In this document: one piece after another, positions 11,121-24,694 of the stretch
How the letters are laid out: every line of letters starts with the position of its first letter
Numbering within the stretch: position 1 is the first letter of the stretch
NCBI GenBank assembly: GCA_044892505.1
Contig: CM097884.1
Location: 82,150,001-82,214,000, forward strand
From: Schmidtea nova
Lineage: Eukaryota
Length of the DNA: 64,000 bases
Reading direction: 5' to 3'
Position numbers and translations under genes: made by a program
The notes under the pieces: generated by a model
The model's input: the letters and a program-made list of their open reading frames with translations, nothing else
Databases searched by the model: none
What the model was told of the DNA's origin: nothing

Positions 11121-11329
11121 ACTTAGTCTAAAATCATTGCTGAGATTCTGCGATCGATTTTAATATAATATACATATAATTGCTGTTAATTATTCCAAAA
11201 TAATAGCCAATCATAAAGAAAATCAATTTATATGCATGGAATTCATAATTTGTAATAATATTTGTTAATACATATGGAATTAAACAATGAACAATATGTA
11301 AAACAACAAAATCAATCACGATTCAATCA

Positions 11330-11820
11330 CATAGTTTTTTAAAAATCACTTTGCTCACAACACAGTGTGATCTATTGTCTCCAAGGATATTTTCCGGATC
11401 TGTCCTAGCACACAACCTTCCTGACAGCGTTTGTGGCGCCCTCTGATGCCTTTGTTGAGCTTCCAGCGTTTCAGCGTCTCGGTTGTTCGTCTTCTGCTCG
11501 GACGGGTAACAATTCAGGCGAAAGGCAGACTGCTTTGGGCAAAACAACTGAGATGATACTCGTGTCAGTTTGCACCTGCGCGATTACCGTGTCTTTCTCT
11601 TTCACCATCATCTTGAACTCCCGTAGTTGGATAGCGTCCTCGAAAGCCTGCTGGTTCAACAGTTGTATCAGTCACTTTAGTTTCTCGGTGCCCTCTTTAT
11701 TTGTACAGGTCGCTTCAATCGACTGGCAACGAGACCTAAACTTTTCCATCATAGTAATTTTCCACCCTTCCTCCATGTCGGAGAGTCTGACGTCAAATGA
11801 ACCGATTGCTTGGCGCATTT
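11330..11820 (-). pseudogene. Gag-like retrotransposon remnant
   Basis: A GC-richer island reading MRQAIGSFDVRLSDMEEGWKITMMEKFRSRC...KLK*LIQLLNQQAFEDAIQL... with an in-frame stop. It resembles LTR-retrotransposon gag N-termini; the family is not determined. Confidence 0.4.
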
Positions 11821-13219
11821 TCTGTGGTTCGTTTCAATAAAGTAATAATTAATTCTTCTGTTTAAATTAGACATCCATCTAACACTCCCTCTAACACTCG
11901 ACAAAATGTATCAAACCATGCAGACACATCATTCATACAAAAATTTATTTTTCAACATTTGGTGATAACCCACTCGCACACTTAATTATCTATAAAGTTA
12001 TCCTTCATTGAATATCATATGCTTCCTATACTGATTGAGTTTAAGTGGAATTCTTGTCTCTCAGTGACGAGCTCCAAAATTTCTGTGTAAATGAATAATA
12101 CAACAAAGAAATTAACATCGGTTTATCGAATTAAGAGGGAAGGAATCTATATGAATTTAATCAAATTCATACAGATTAATAAATAAAAATAATTGAAATT
12201 AATGTGTTCGAATTTCCACGGAGGCTATAGCAACAGCAAAGGTTTTCGTGTAGAGATTCTATTAATTTCTGTTTGATTTCGGTCCTTTTTAGCCTTAAAA
12301 ATTCAATGTACTCTAACAAAAATTGAGCTGAATTAGAGAAAAACAAAATTCTTAGAGACCCTTTAGTATAAGGTTTGAAAAATAAAAAATGCTACTATAA
12401 TGAATTTTTATAAGAATTATTAATTCAGAATTAGAATAGAATTTAGATCAAAGGAATTCTCATTTTATCCCTTTCCCATTAATCAGCTTATATTATGAAA
12501 TGCATTTTTAATGATAATTTATTGAATTTGTTACCAGCTATTTTTAGAACGAAATCCAAAGATTCATTGATGATTTTAAGCAGTACGAGTATGAATGTTT
12601 TTATTCTTATCATGATTTCCTTATCTTTCATTTCAGTTGACAACTTTGCCCTTTTAGATTATGAACGCGTTCAGATTCGCTCACCAATCTATGGGGATTC
12701 AAGTAGTAATAGTTTTCGAGAAAATTTCACCTTAGTTAATTTAATTCATAGATAATTCATTTAAAAATCTCTAATTTGTTTATTAAATTTATTATTGGAT
12801 TTTGGTGTCATCATGAATTTTAGACATCGCGCTCTTTCAGTTTCGTTTATGGTTGTATATTTACAACCGTATACAATATGCAAATGGGAGTTAATATGAT
12901 TGAACTAGGTATTATTTATTCAGGTTACATTTTTATTTCCCTTTTTCATTAAGATTTCTTTAAAAAAAATATTTAGGAAAATATTTTTTGTGGATTTTTA
13001 CATATTAAATAGAGATACAAAACTTTATATTTTGGCGATATTTTGGCCCGATATTTTGTATCCACCGTTTCCAGCTAAAGCCGACTCTGATCAGCATAAT
13101 AAATTACAGACCGTTTTGTTATAAAATAATATAAAAACATGAATAAATCTTATAATTATATATTTAATCATTAATAAAATATTATTATTTATAGATTCTT
13201 ATATAATTAATTCTAAAGG

Positions 13220-14184
13220 TTATTTAATATCACAGAGCAAGGCGACCCCTCGCATGACCCAATGATCGGGTGTTTTGGAACAAACTAATTCCACTGAAGC
13301 AACATACGTTAAATCAGTTCGACGAGGCTTCTTATAAATCGGTGTAGTATATAATTTTGAGGTGTCAATTTTATTCTTCGTTGCTTCCTGGATAGCAAAA
13401 ATATTTATCACAGGTAAATTATCATATAACTCTTTTGGTTTTGGTTCAGTTAATCTACTGTTTCGCTTATCCCATGCAGCTCCTTCAATAAATAATCCAT
13501 AGACATAGACACCTTCTTTAGGTGGCTCTCTTAATTCATCATGCAAATGTTTAGTGACTTTACTAGTCAAAACAACACTATCCAACGCCCAACCTTCATG
13601 AGATCGAGTAACTTCTTGTCTCATTGCGGTCAAAAATCCTTGAGCATTAAAAAATCCAGTCATCCAAAATGCAACTGGTCTTCCGTCGTTCAACCACGTA
13701 CTAAACTGATTATTTCTGTCAATTAACTCACTAAACCAAAAGCCTAAAGTTGCCGAATCCCAAGAGATCTGTAAAATGTTATTTATTTACAATTAACAAA
13801 TAACTTGATCTAACTTTCAACCAAATGTGGGGAATTTTCGCATCATATAGGTTGTCTAAAGCATCCCGAAGATTTTCATTCATTATTATTGTTCCTTGAA
13901 TTGCCAATTGCAAATCATTTAGTGTCGCTCGAACCATTTTAATGACTTTATTCATTCGATCTACTTCTTGTCGAAGAAATATGTTCATTGGTGCCAATGA
14001 TCCCATCTTTTGTAATTTCTCTTGAACTTGGTAAGGAATGTAATTACTCGGTAATTTCTGTAACATGTCTCCACATTGTCGCATTACAACACTCTCTCGA
14101 GTTTCACCCCCTCCGCTTGCTACATCTTTAGGTTGGATCGACAAAATTGTGTCTAAAATTTGTTTTGTCGTTTTTGTAGAATAA
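13220..14184 (-). CDS. DNAH5: Dynein HC terminal exons (C-terminal domain): 13815-14184 and 13220-13768
   Basis: 46-nt GT-AG intron 13769-13814 joins HIWLK|[11 protein letters not shown]; stop TAA at 13222-13220. Confidence 0.92.
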
Positions 14185-17100
14185 CTAAATAAATATTTTG
14201 GAAAAATTAAAATGAGATTAATTTAAAGGTTTTTATTAGTATGTTAATAACTACGTAAATTTCATATTTCAAACAATATAAGAAATATATTTCTTTTTAT
14301 TCAACACAAATTTTTGGCACTTCCAATTTTATGTTTTTAAATTTTAACATTTAATTAACAGTGCCGAAAATTTATGTTGATTAAGGGAAATAGTTTTAAT
14401 CTATTGTCTGAAAATATGTGAAATGGAAAGATCAAAAGGTGATTTAGATTTAAGATTTTAAGGATAATAAATGATAAATTATATGGAATTTCAGGAAACT
14501 GAGCCTTTTAAACAATGACTCCAATATAAGATTTTATTTACAATGAATATGATTTTGGTTTGCCTATTTCGATTTGTTTTTCATCCCGTCTTTCAAAAAA
14601 GCTTCAAATTGGCCAATATTTTAATATTCGAACCTCGATTTTGTGTCCTTTTAATTTAGGAATTCAAGAATTATAATAACTATTATCCTGTTATCCAGAA
14701 TTGGCGTATTATTATGTTCAAGCAAAAGAAAAGTAATAAATATTTTCGTTATTTATTTATTGATTATGTACTGGATAATTTGCAATTACTAGCTTTAATT
14801 TGAGTGTTGGTTATGAAATCTAGTGCCCTACCAAGGGCTATCATTAGGAATTGAAAGGACTGTGTAGAGTTGCTTAGTCGACAAGTATCATCTTGTAAAT
14901 ATTCGGCAAGGTTGGTGCAATTATTTTATGTTTGTAAAGCAAGTTCTCTTGAAAGAACCAAAACTGTTGTGCCAGCTCCGTTGTTTGCTCTAGCAACTAC
15001 GTTCTCAACGTGAATTATTAAAGTAATAGAAATAGATTGAGTAGAGGAAAGCCATTTTAGATTCCAATCGGTTCGACTGTTTTGTGCAATGGTATCAGCT
15101 AAAACATTGTAAAGTTTTGTCATTTTTAAGTCGGAATCAACGACAGAATTCAAGATTTGAGTCCTAATAACATGTATCTTTATTGGTAAATTGGATATTT
15201 ACAATTATTATTATGAAAATTATTAAATATAAAAAAAGAGATCCAAGATGAAACGAAAAATAATTATGATATTATTAAAATAAGTATTAAATAAAATCCA
15301 ATTTAAATATTGCTTATTTGTCAACGTCATAGTGTACGATGCATTTCAGAATAAAATTAGATCATAAAATATACAAAAACTTACATTGGGTAGAGAATTT
15401 CTTTAAAGTTAAAAATCTTTATTACACCTATTTTCATAGTTTAAGAATAACTATAATTACATCTACGTGTTACTAATAATTATTTGTCTTTATATTACTT
15501 AGTAAATTTTTAAAAATGGCTATAAGGTAAGTTTATTTATCAAAATATTTTTTAAGGCTTCTTTTGTGACCTTACAATGACATGAGATCACTATAGAAGC
15601 TTTGAAAGATTATCTTTGTTCTACAATTTAATTTTTATATTATTTTTAATACTTTCTAGGAAATATATGTTTTGTGAATTATTTACGTTAAAAGAAAGTT
15701 GAAAAATCATTTTAAACTAAGAATTATTACAATAATTATTATTAAATAAAAATTTTCTAATTATTTTTGAAATATTTTTTTGGATATTTCAAATCGGAAG
15801 TATTTTTTGCCATTTTACATGGCTATGACTATCCTGATTTTGTAGATTTTAGAAATTTTATTGTAGTATTTTATTTTCCAAATTGAAATTCCAAGTTTTA
15901 TTTTTTATTTTAAGCATTGCCAAATTTTACTGTCCTGAATTATCTGAGACTGAAAAATTATCTAAATTACCTTGTTAATATGTTTAATTGCTTATAAATT
16001 AAAAATAGTTATACATTATTATCTTTTTGGCTTCTGTAAACGGAAAAATAACTTTTGGAAATATATAAAATTTTCTATTAAAATTCATCAAAATAAAACC
16101 TACGATGTTTTTTATTCATTTTCTCGTCGACTTCATTAGGAAATATTCAAAAAACTCTATTTTAAAAGTAAATGAATTTATTATAGATCTCTTAATCGCG
16201 TATATAATTTACCTTTTTAAGTTGGCATGCCTTTTTCACTGTATGCTGTGTTTGGGTATGGGATTTATCATTTCTTTCACTTTGTATATCACATAACTAA
16301 TTTATATGTCACGTAAGTTTTCATTTGATATTGGTAATCTCTTAATGTATGAAAACAGGTGTAATAGACCAACGGATAGATAAATTAAACATACCAAAAC
16401 ATGCAAACTTATCATGTCATTTTTATTTTAAAATTAAAAACTTTATATAAATAAATTTTAACTGTTTAAAAATATTTTCATTTTTTAACATTAATAATAT
16501 AGTGCCATGATGTTAAAATGTTGAGCATTACCCAATAAGAAAAATGAAAAATAAAATTTAGTGAGTGAGCAATAAAATTCTTAATATTTGAAACAGTTTA
16601 ATGTGGGTTACAGTAATTTATTACAGTATATTTGCCATAAGCAGAAAAATGTTAACAGTGCTTAATGCATGCGTACATACACATTAGAGTCAGGAGCACG
16701 GGAATTATAAACAGTACAAGATATTTAATAGGCTTAGACATGTTTTAATGCGTAAATTTACAACGCATAATTTAACTTCATAAATAAGTGTCAATTTAAT
16801 ATGACGAACATATTTTTTTCAATTTATAGTAGATTCGATTTAAATATGGTGTATAGTTCCAAATTTTGGATGTTTCAACAGGCTTTCTAATTTTTACTAA
16901 TTGCAATATATTTTTATTCATTTGAATTATGCCAGATAGCCATGGTAACGAAATTAAAACAATTGTATGCTTGAGAGTATGTTTAAGAAATACTTTAAAG
17001 CCGAATTCTGTTATTATTTTCAAACATCTTTGGAGAGGAACTTATATTAATATTATCCTTGGCTATTAAATCAATGAATCAATTACAATCATACGTTATG

Positions 17101-20100
17101 TCAGCGTTAGGATGCAAGCCGAAAGCTTCAGGTGTATCTTTACCAGGTAGCTGCATTATGTGGCTCATGTATTCCTGTGTGGTTGAAAACAGTGGAATAT
17201 TGTAACCAGTGTAAAAATTGAATTCGGGTGTAAACATTTTCTCTTGAAAATAATTTCTGGTAATGGTCAGCAAAAGAACTTTATCAAAATCATCAGTCAC
17301 TCTGCCGCCATATTGAATCTCAGAAATCATATATCTTACACATTTCCAGTCTATGCCCTAAAAGTTGGAAAATTATTGAAATAATATTTTTAGAAATGGA
17401 AATCAAACTCACGCTTATTTTTTGTGCTTTTTTAAACTCTATGCCGTCCAAATGATTTTGGATAAATTGAATACTGGCATTGAAATCAGACTGATTATAC
17501 TCATACGGAATATTCCAACCTAAAGGACCGAATTTTCGTCTTTCTTGAACGGTACAGTGCAAAAACGCCAATCCATATAGCATAATTTTCCAGTGAAATG
17601 TTACACAAGTGTCCAAAAAGTCTTGAGTTACATCAGTATAGGTGCGCATTAAATTGGCTTTGATTCCTTCTGGCGGCTCATTTGTGAATTTGATTGAAAT
17701 CTGTAAAAGGTTAATTGAAAATTTTCGATGTTCTTCAGTTGTTATCCACAGTCGATACTTTTCGTGCACGTTCTCTGCCTCGATAATTTGTAAAAATAAT
17801 TCCTCCACATAATCCAAACACAAATGACAATTTTGCAGCAGAACCCACCCGCCTTCTTGCATAAATTTTGAAATAAGTTTTCTGGCATGAATTTCTTGAC
17901 CTTGACCCATTGAAACGGCTTTGCATGGAATGTGTTTCTTTTTCGCTAATTGTTCAATCAAAGGAGTTGCATCAGAACCCATACTTAATAGATTTATTAA
18001 AGTACTTCGACAATCAGAATCCGCGAGTAATCTAAATACAATTGAACAATTATTACAATAAAGGGCTATAACAGTTACTTTTCCATGTTCAGTAAAACCT
18101 CTTCTGCAAATGCTTCTCCAAGTGAACTACTAATATATTTCTTAGCCTGCGGAAGGGTTCTGTCAGGACACCATGAACGAACCATTAAAAGTCTTCTAAA
18201 AGTATCTAAGTTAGATTCATATCCACAAGGAATCGATTCATTTTCAGGGTTTTCTTTATCATACCATTGTTTCCAATTTCTTTCAGTTTGAACGACTTGT
18301 TCAATAATAGCAGAGAACTGATTCAGTACGGAGAGAGCATTAAGATTAAGCCAAGTCAAATCCGTAATCCATTTGGCTGGTTTGGGTGGAACGGTTTTCA
18401 AATCTAAAACTGACCCTCCTTTAATCAAAACATCAAACTCTTCTTGACGGATGTTTTTGGACTGTATATCTATTTTCAAGGCTAACATGAGAGTTAGAGT
18501 CATGCGATCTTCTTTGTACATGCCTCTAACTGCAAACTTCCACATATCGAAAGTCATGTACTCAATTATAATGCTTATCCGTCTATGAGTGATGGGAGAT
18601 TTGTCTGATTTATGCATTGATTGATCGAAAAGTGTTAAAAACTGCTTAAGACCAATTTGGTACATTTGATTAACATTTGACATTTCAGTAAATAGAAAAT
18701 ATAAGACTGATCCCCGTGTCGCTACTGGGCGATATTCCTCTCGAGCAGTGTTGATTTCTTTTTCCGTTTCAGTAGCTTGAGAAAGCTGTAAACTGACTTC
18801 TTGTGAAGTAACCTTTGTGTTGTTGAGTACATCCAACAAATCCTGATCATCGACTAAAGAACCTTGAGTATTTGCCAATCGTTCTAAAAGACTGTCTTCA
18901 AGTTCTTGCATTCTTCTTTTGTTGTTTGTCATGTTTTCAACGAGTTCTATTCGGGATTTTTCTAACTCCTATTCAATAATTTATTTTAGCATAAAACTCT
19001 TAAAGGATAACTTACTTCTTTTTCAGTTTTAATAACCCGACCTAATAATTGGTCTTCCAAACCCTTGATAGTTACTGTAAAGTCGATTAGAGATGTTTTT
19101 GCATATATCTCCGGAGTGTAATGAGGATTTGGAAGTTTGGTAGTAATGTAAAGCATAAATCCTTTCATAACATCTACTTCTTTGTCCCCAACTTTAACCT
19201 TTTTTAAGAATGAAATTATTCATAGAGAATGTCAAATATAATATATTTCCTTAATTTTGTTAGACAATTAATTAATATGTTGCTTTTTATTTAACACGAA
19301 ATTTGGATCAGCTTTCGTCAAGTGTAAAAAATTGTATTAAATAAAACAATATTAATTTTGAGTCTGTAAAAATAAAAATAAGAAAAAATAAAAAAATAAA
19401 AATGAAATGAAAATAGATCAATGATGAAAAACATAAACAATTTTACGAACATAATATATATTTATCACATTAAATATATAAAATATTAGTGTCTGTCCGC
19501 CCATTCCATCCATGTCCAAATTTAAGAAATTTTATATATTATTATACTACTATTAAAAGTAAGTAGTATAATTTTAATAATTTTAAATCAAAGCTTCTTA
19601 ATATTATTTTATTAATATTTTGTATTATATATTACATGTATTATCATATAAATAAAATGTCTTTGCTTGTTCTTCCGTCAGTCAGCCTCACATTTTCTAA
19701 ATCTATTACTGATAATTTTCAGTAGATAAGTTCTAATAAATTCTCAATTAAAAATGATCTTCATATAATTAAATAGTACTGTCTGTCGGTCCGTCACCCC
19801 CCATATCTAATTTTATATAAATTCAAAACTAATGCGACCGTCATTTGGTGGGCTTTATATACAACTATTTTTATGATAATAGCATAAATTGAGTTTTGCT
19901 TGATTAACAAGTATCAAATAAAGAAAAATATATTTTTGCATAAAATGATTTTCTATTATAATCTGCCCCGGGCGCTGTATAATTTTACAGGCAAGATACA
20001 TTATTTTTGTTATTTTATAAATATTACCTAACCAGTCGAACAATTATCTAATCAATTTTATGGAATGTTTCCCATGTTGCCCGTTGTGTTTATATTTTTA

Positions 20101-23100
20101 TTTTCATTTTGTGACTATTAATTATTTTATTTAATTTATTTAATATTTAACCATCCAATTTAATTAATTTAATTTAATATTAGGTATTTGTCAATAACTT
20201 CAATTAAATAAAAACCCATATAAATATAATTAATACTTTGAGCCCTGTTCCCATTTTAATAAAATTCTTTTCTAGAACTTGATCCAAAGCCGGATCCAAT
20301 TCTTCATTAATGTCTTCTATAAGCATTGGTCTTCCCAGTGATAAAGCATCTTCCAAGTGTTGCCTGAAGTATTTATGATTCAAACTTGTTATCTAAAAAA
20401 AGAATCATTATATATATTTTTAACATTATTTATAAATTAACTTGTAATTCTTTGGCTGCTTCTCTATTTTTAATCCATATTTTACCTTGACCTTGTGGAT
20501 CTATAAGCAATGGATACCTCGCTGCTGATGTTACAATTATTCCATTTTGAATGGACAATTCATCATTGGGGAGACCTTGTAAATTCCATTCACTAATCTG
20601 TAAGTGAAAAATTTTATTTGCAATTAATTTAATATTTAAATAACCGTAGGGGCATCCGTCAGCGTTTTTATTAGATCTAATCCATGAGTTGATGGAATAC
20701 TCTTTCTGACTACTTCCAAATTCCATGTTGTCATCAATTTAACACGAAAATCCTGATTAAATGGACCGGTATAAGATAGAAAAGCTGTACATAATAAAAT
20801 ATCTCCGACTAGTTTTTTCGTTTGATCTTTAAATGATTTGCTTTGCTCTGTCCATCTGATTTTTTCCCCGGAAAGACCATCAATTAACTGTTTTGCCGTA
20901 TTCATTCTCCTCCGACAAGCTTCAGCATCATCTGCTAATTCTTGCTTTCGCTTCATAGCAGCTTCATATTGAGCTCTTACAATTGCAAGTAGTTCTTCTT
21001 TTTCCATCAAGAGATTTTCAGCAACTGCTAAATCACTGTTGGCACTGTTTAATTTTATTTCCTGTTTGGCTAAATTATCTTTTAATGGTAAAACCTCTCT
21101 GTTGACCCAGTAAAACTTTTCCATCGCTCTAGTCCAACCTAATAAACCTGCGACGTTTCCACAAACTTTCTTCGCAGTTTCTAGTGTATAGTCTTCCATA
21201 GCCAAATAAGGAGTCATTAGATCGACCATTTCTTCGTTAATTGAATCCCGTTGAAAATTCAAAAGATTGTTCAAAAATCCAGAATTAGCCATCAACTTTA
21301 GGGATTCGCCCCAGCTTGGTTTACAGCATGGCCTCTCGGGATCGCGAACGACAATATCCATACCTCTTTGGAAAAGCAATAACACGCAATCCATAATTCT
21401 CATAATTAAATGCGGCGGTTTTGCTAATTTTCTTACAGTTGAAATGTCTGCTGGTTTGATTGTGTTTAATGCTTCTTCGGCTTCGAGTAAAGCCGGCTTA
21501 GCTGCTTCCAATTTAGCCTCTGCGATTGCTTTATCTTCATTAATAGACATGACAATTTTTAGACATCGATCTTTGACTTTTTGAACTTTGTCCTTAACTC
21601 CTTGTGCAGCAGCGGTCTGCTGAGTAACGGTTTCTAATACTTTTTCCGCCTCTTTGTTGGCAACCTCAAGTTCTTTTTCTTTTTCCGCCAATTCAATGCT
21701 CAACTCCGCAATTGACTGTTGAGCTTCTATTAACTTCTGAAGACCAGAATCCATTCTTCTAGCCAATTCAAGAATGAAATCTTTCTTCTCTACGTAAACC
21801 TTCTGGTAGCTTTGCAGAAATGAAAGATATGATTTTGGAGTAACATGAGTAATTCGTCTGTATTTATCAAAATATTCACTACACTTATTTGCAACATCAT
21901 CATGAATAAAAGAAACACTGGAAATTATTCCAGTTTTAGTTGCGGCATCGCAGACCATTTCAAAGTTTCCCAAATAATGTTCAGCCACTGCTAATAATGC
22001 ATCTTTCGGCCATTTTTGAAACCAATCAGTAATACATCCTGAAATCAGACCTGGAAAATATAACGCGCGAGTTCGAAATTTTTGTCCAACAGGAGAAAAA
22101 CACAAGACCACATGAAGATTTTTTCGAACCCGACTGAAGAAATATTCAAGCAAATTCTCATTTGTTGGAGGTCTTTTTGGAAATTCCTTTTTCATAACTG
22201 GAACGAGCATTCCTGTCATCTCATCAATTTCATCTTTTTGAAAAAGCCCCGATACCTTTAATTTTAAGTAGTTAACTATAATTATATATATATATATATA
22301 TATATATCTTGGCTTACCAAAATTCTCCAGTCAGGCAGTAATTTACATATTGCAGTTTATAATGAATGTCTGCAGTGCAAATATGAACAGCAATGGGAGC
22401 AAAGGTCACCAACACCTTTAACATGCTGCATGCGCACATGTGCACAAGCACACACGCACTCACACACACAGACACATATAGAATATGACTACTGACATCA
22501 GACACACAACAGTGATAACAGTGAGTCATTTAAAGAAGGATTGTCATTTTCTTAGAATATAGTTAGACCTTACAGACTTTCAGAAAGGCAATATTTAAGG
22601 ATGTTACCTTTATGGAAAAAGTCATAGTGAAACTGCTGCATTGACTGGCCATCCCCAAAAGAACTATTAAGTACTTCCTGAGGAAGTACCGCCAGGAGCA
22701 GACACGTGTCAACAAGCAATGTTCAAGCCACCCTAAACTTCTGAGCATCCGTACACAACGGCCACTGAAACGACTTGTGGTAGTTCATCGTCGGTTCCCC
22801 CTGTCCAAGTTAGTGTCCACATTTAACACTGGCCCTGTGCATGCCAGGATGTCCACCATTCATCGCGCATTACATTTTCATTGTTTCTATCGCAAATACT
22901 ACGCAAGGAAGCCTTTGAATACAGAAACAATTCGTCATCGTCGCTTGAAGTGGTGCCGGGAGAGAAGAAGTTGGACAGCAGAACAATGGCACTTAGTCAT
23001 TTGGAGTGATGAATCACATTTCCTCATTTTTAAATCTGATGAACAGTAATTCTGCTGGCATCGTGCAGGAGAACAATTTCACACTGACTGCATTGAGCCA

Positions 23101-24636
23101 ACTGTGAAACATTGAGGAAGCTCCATCATGTTTTGGAGTCTTTTCTCAGTCCGTGGAACTGACTTCTAGTGAAGTGCAGCAATTACATGATGTTAGTGAA
23201 ATACCGTGCCATTCTGGAAAATGAGCTTGTTTTCTTTCTCCTATAAATTGAGGGGCTCATTTTCCAACAGGATAATGCACCAATCCGTACTTCACACATT
23301 ATGAAGGAATTCTTTCTGCAGCACAGTATCAACGTTTTGGATTGGGTTCCACAAATCCCTGATCTGAATCCTATTGAGTTTCTGTGGGGCGTCCTTGTTA
23401 GAAGAGTTCGCAAAAGGATTCCCATTGCCCGTAACGACCCCGAACTGGAAACGCAGCTGCATGAGGAATGGTCACACATATCCCCTGATTTCATGGAAAA
23501 AGTGGTCGATACAATGCCTAAACGAGTGCACTTTGTTATCCAGATGAAAGGTAATATAACGAAGTACTAACTCTCTCAGCACTACAGACATTCAGTATTC
23601 GTGTGTGTTTGTGACAATGGCTCCAATTGCTGTTCATTGTAAACTGTTCATAATAAACTGAAATATGTAAATAACTGCCTGACTGGAGACTTTTGGATTT
23701 CGAGAATTTTTAAATTACAAGTAACCCTCGAAATTACAAAATGTAATTCATAGTTTGTGTAAAATATCGAATAACTCAAGTATCGTGTAACTCACTGGTT
23801 ATTTGTAATATAAATATTCATTAGGTAAAAAAATTGTTTTATTTTAATAGTAAGTAAAACTTACAACGCCCGACGACAAAATATTATTCATATATTCTAA
23901 AAATCCTTCATCTTTAATATCATTATCAGTAAAAATAAATGTTGTTCCCTTTCCTTCTTGACCAGCGGTCCGGTAGAGAGTTTTTAAATCTTCTAATAGA
24001 TTTGAGACATTGTAGCTCCTATAAAATAGAAGTAACTAAATATAATAAAATATAAAATACTGTAAAATATCAATTTTAAGATGTTTTTTAAAAGAAAATA
24101 TAATTTCAAAATTCATTTTCACTAAGGGATTTCTCGATTGAGGACTTTATAATTCCGGGATTGTGACCGTATATTTTAAGTGTATTATTGCGTTGATGTC
24201 GATCATTCTTAATTTGAACATCTTATATAAAACACAAAACTGGTTCAAAGTTTTATTGAAAACAAAATTTGACTTCAAACAAATAATATTAACTTTTATT
24301 AAAAATTACCAATGCTCCATTGTGGTTTTAGCAGCTGAAATAAGACAAAATAAAACTAGAAAATAATTAAACATTTTATTTAAATTCCAATGTATTTGTT
24401 GTCTGGAAACTGATGATCTGTTATTTTGCTTCGTAAATTGATGATTCATTATTTTGATTTTGAAATTGATGATTCTTCGTTTTTGAAATAGAGGGGGAAA
24501 TGTTTGCTGCTATGAATTATATATTTTTTTGATTGATATTTTCTTCTTGCTTGGTATTTTTTGAATCAGTAAGAAAGTGCATTTTTTGGTGATTTAAACA
24601 ATCCATTTTTATTTGTATATATAAATTAATATTTGA

Positions 24637-24694
<58 letters not shown>

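Noticed and set aside
11330-11820. In-frame TGA/TAG in the gag-like and hAT ORFs as evidence of an alternative genetic code
   Set aside because: VIAAT and RING end in TGA, and about 4200 dynein codons have no internal stops, so these are ordinary nonsense mutations.
12495-12755. 86-aa plus-strand ORF and other short AT-rich ORFs (152-482, 16105-16296, 16796-17023, 62856-63167)
   Set aside because: They have low-complexity composition, no motifs and no consistent splice context, so they cannot be supported as genes.
13055-13105. CTGATCAGAGTCGGCTTTAGCTGGAAACG on the minus strand in the dynein 3' region as a hammerhead
   Set aside because: C3 faces C8 (no pair) and helices I and III do not form; at best it is a dead remnant.
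17695-17740. Apparent intron (acceptor-like TTTTACAG) within exon 17413-18031
   Set aside because: The unspliced translation [23 protein letters not shown] aligns without gaps to DNAH5, so no intron is needed.
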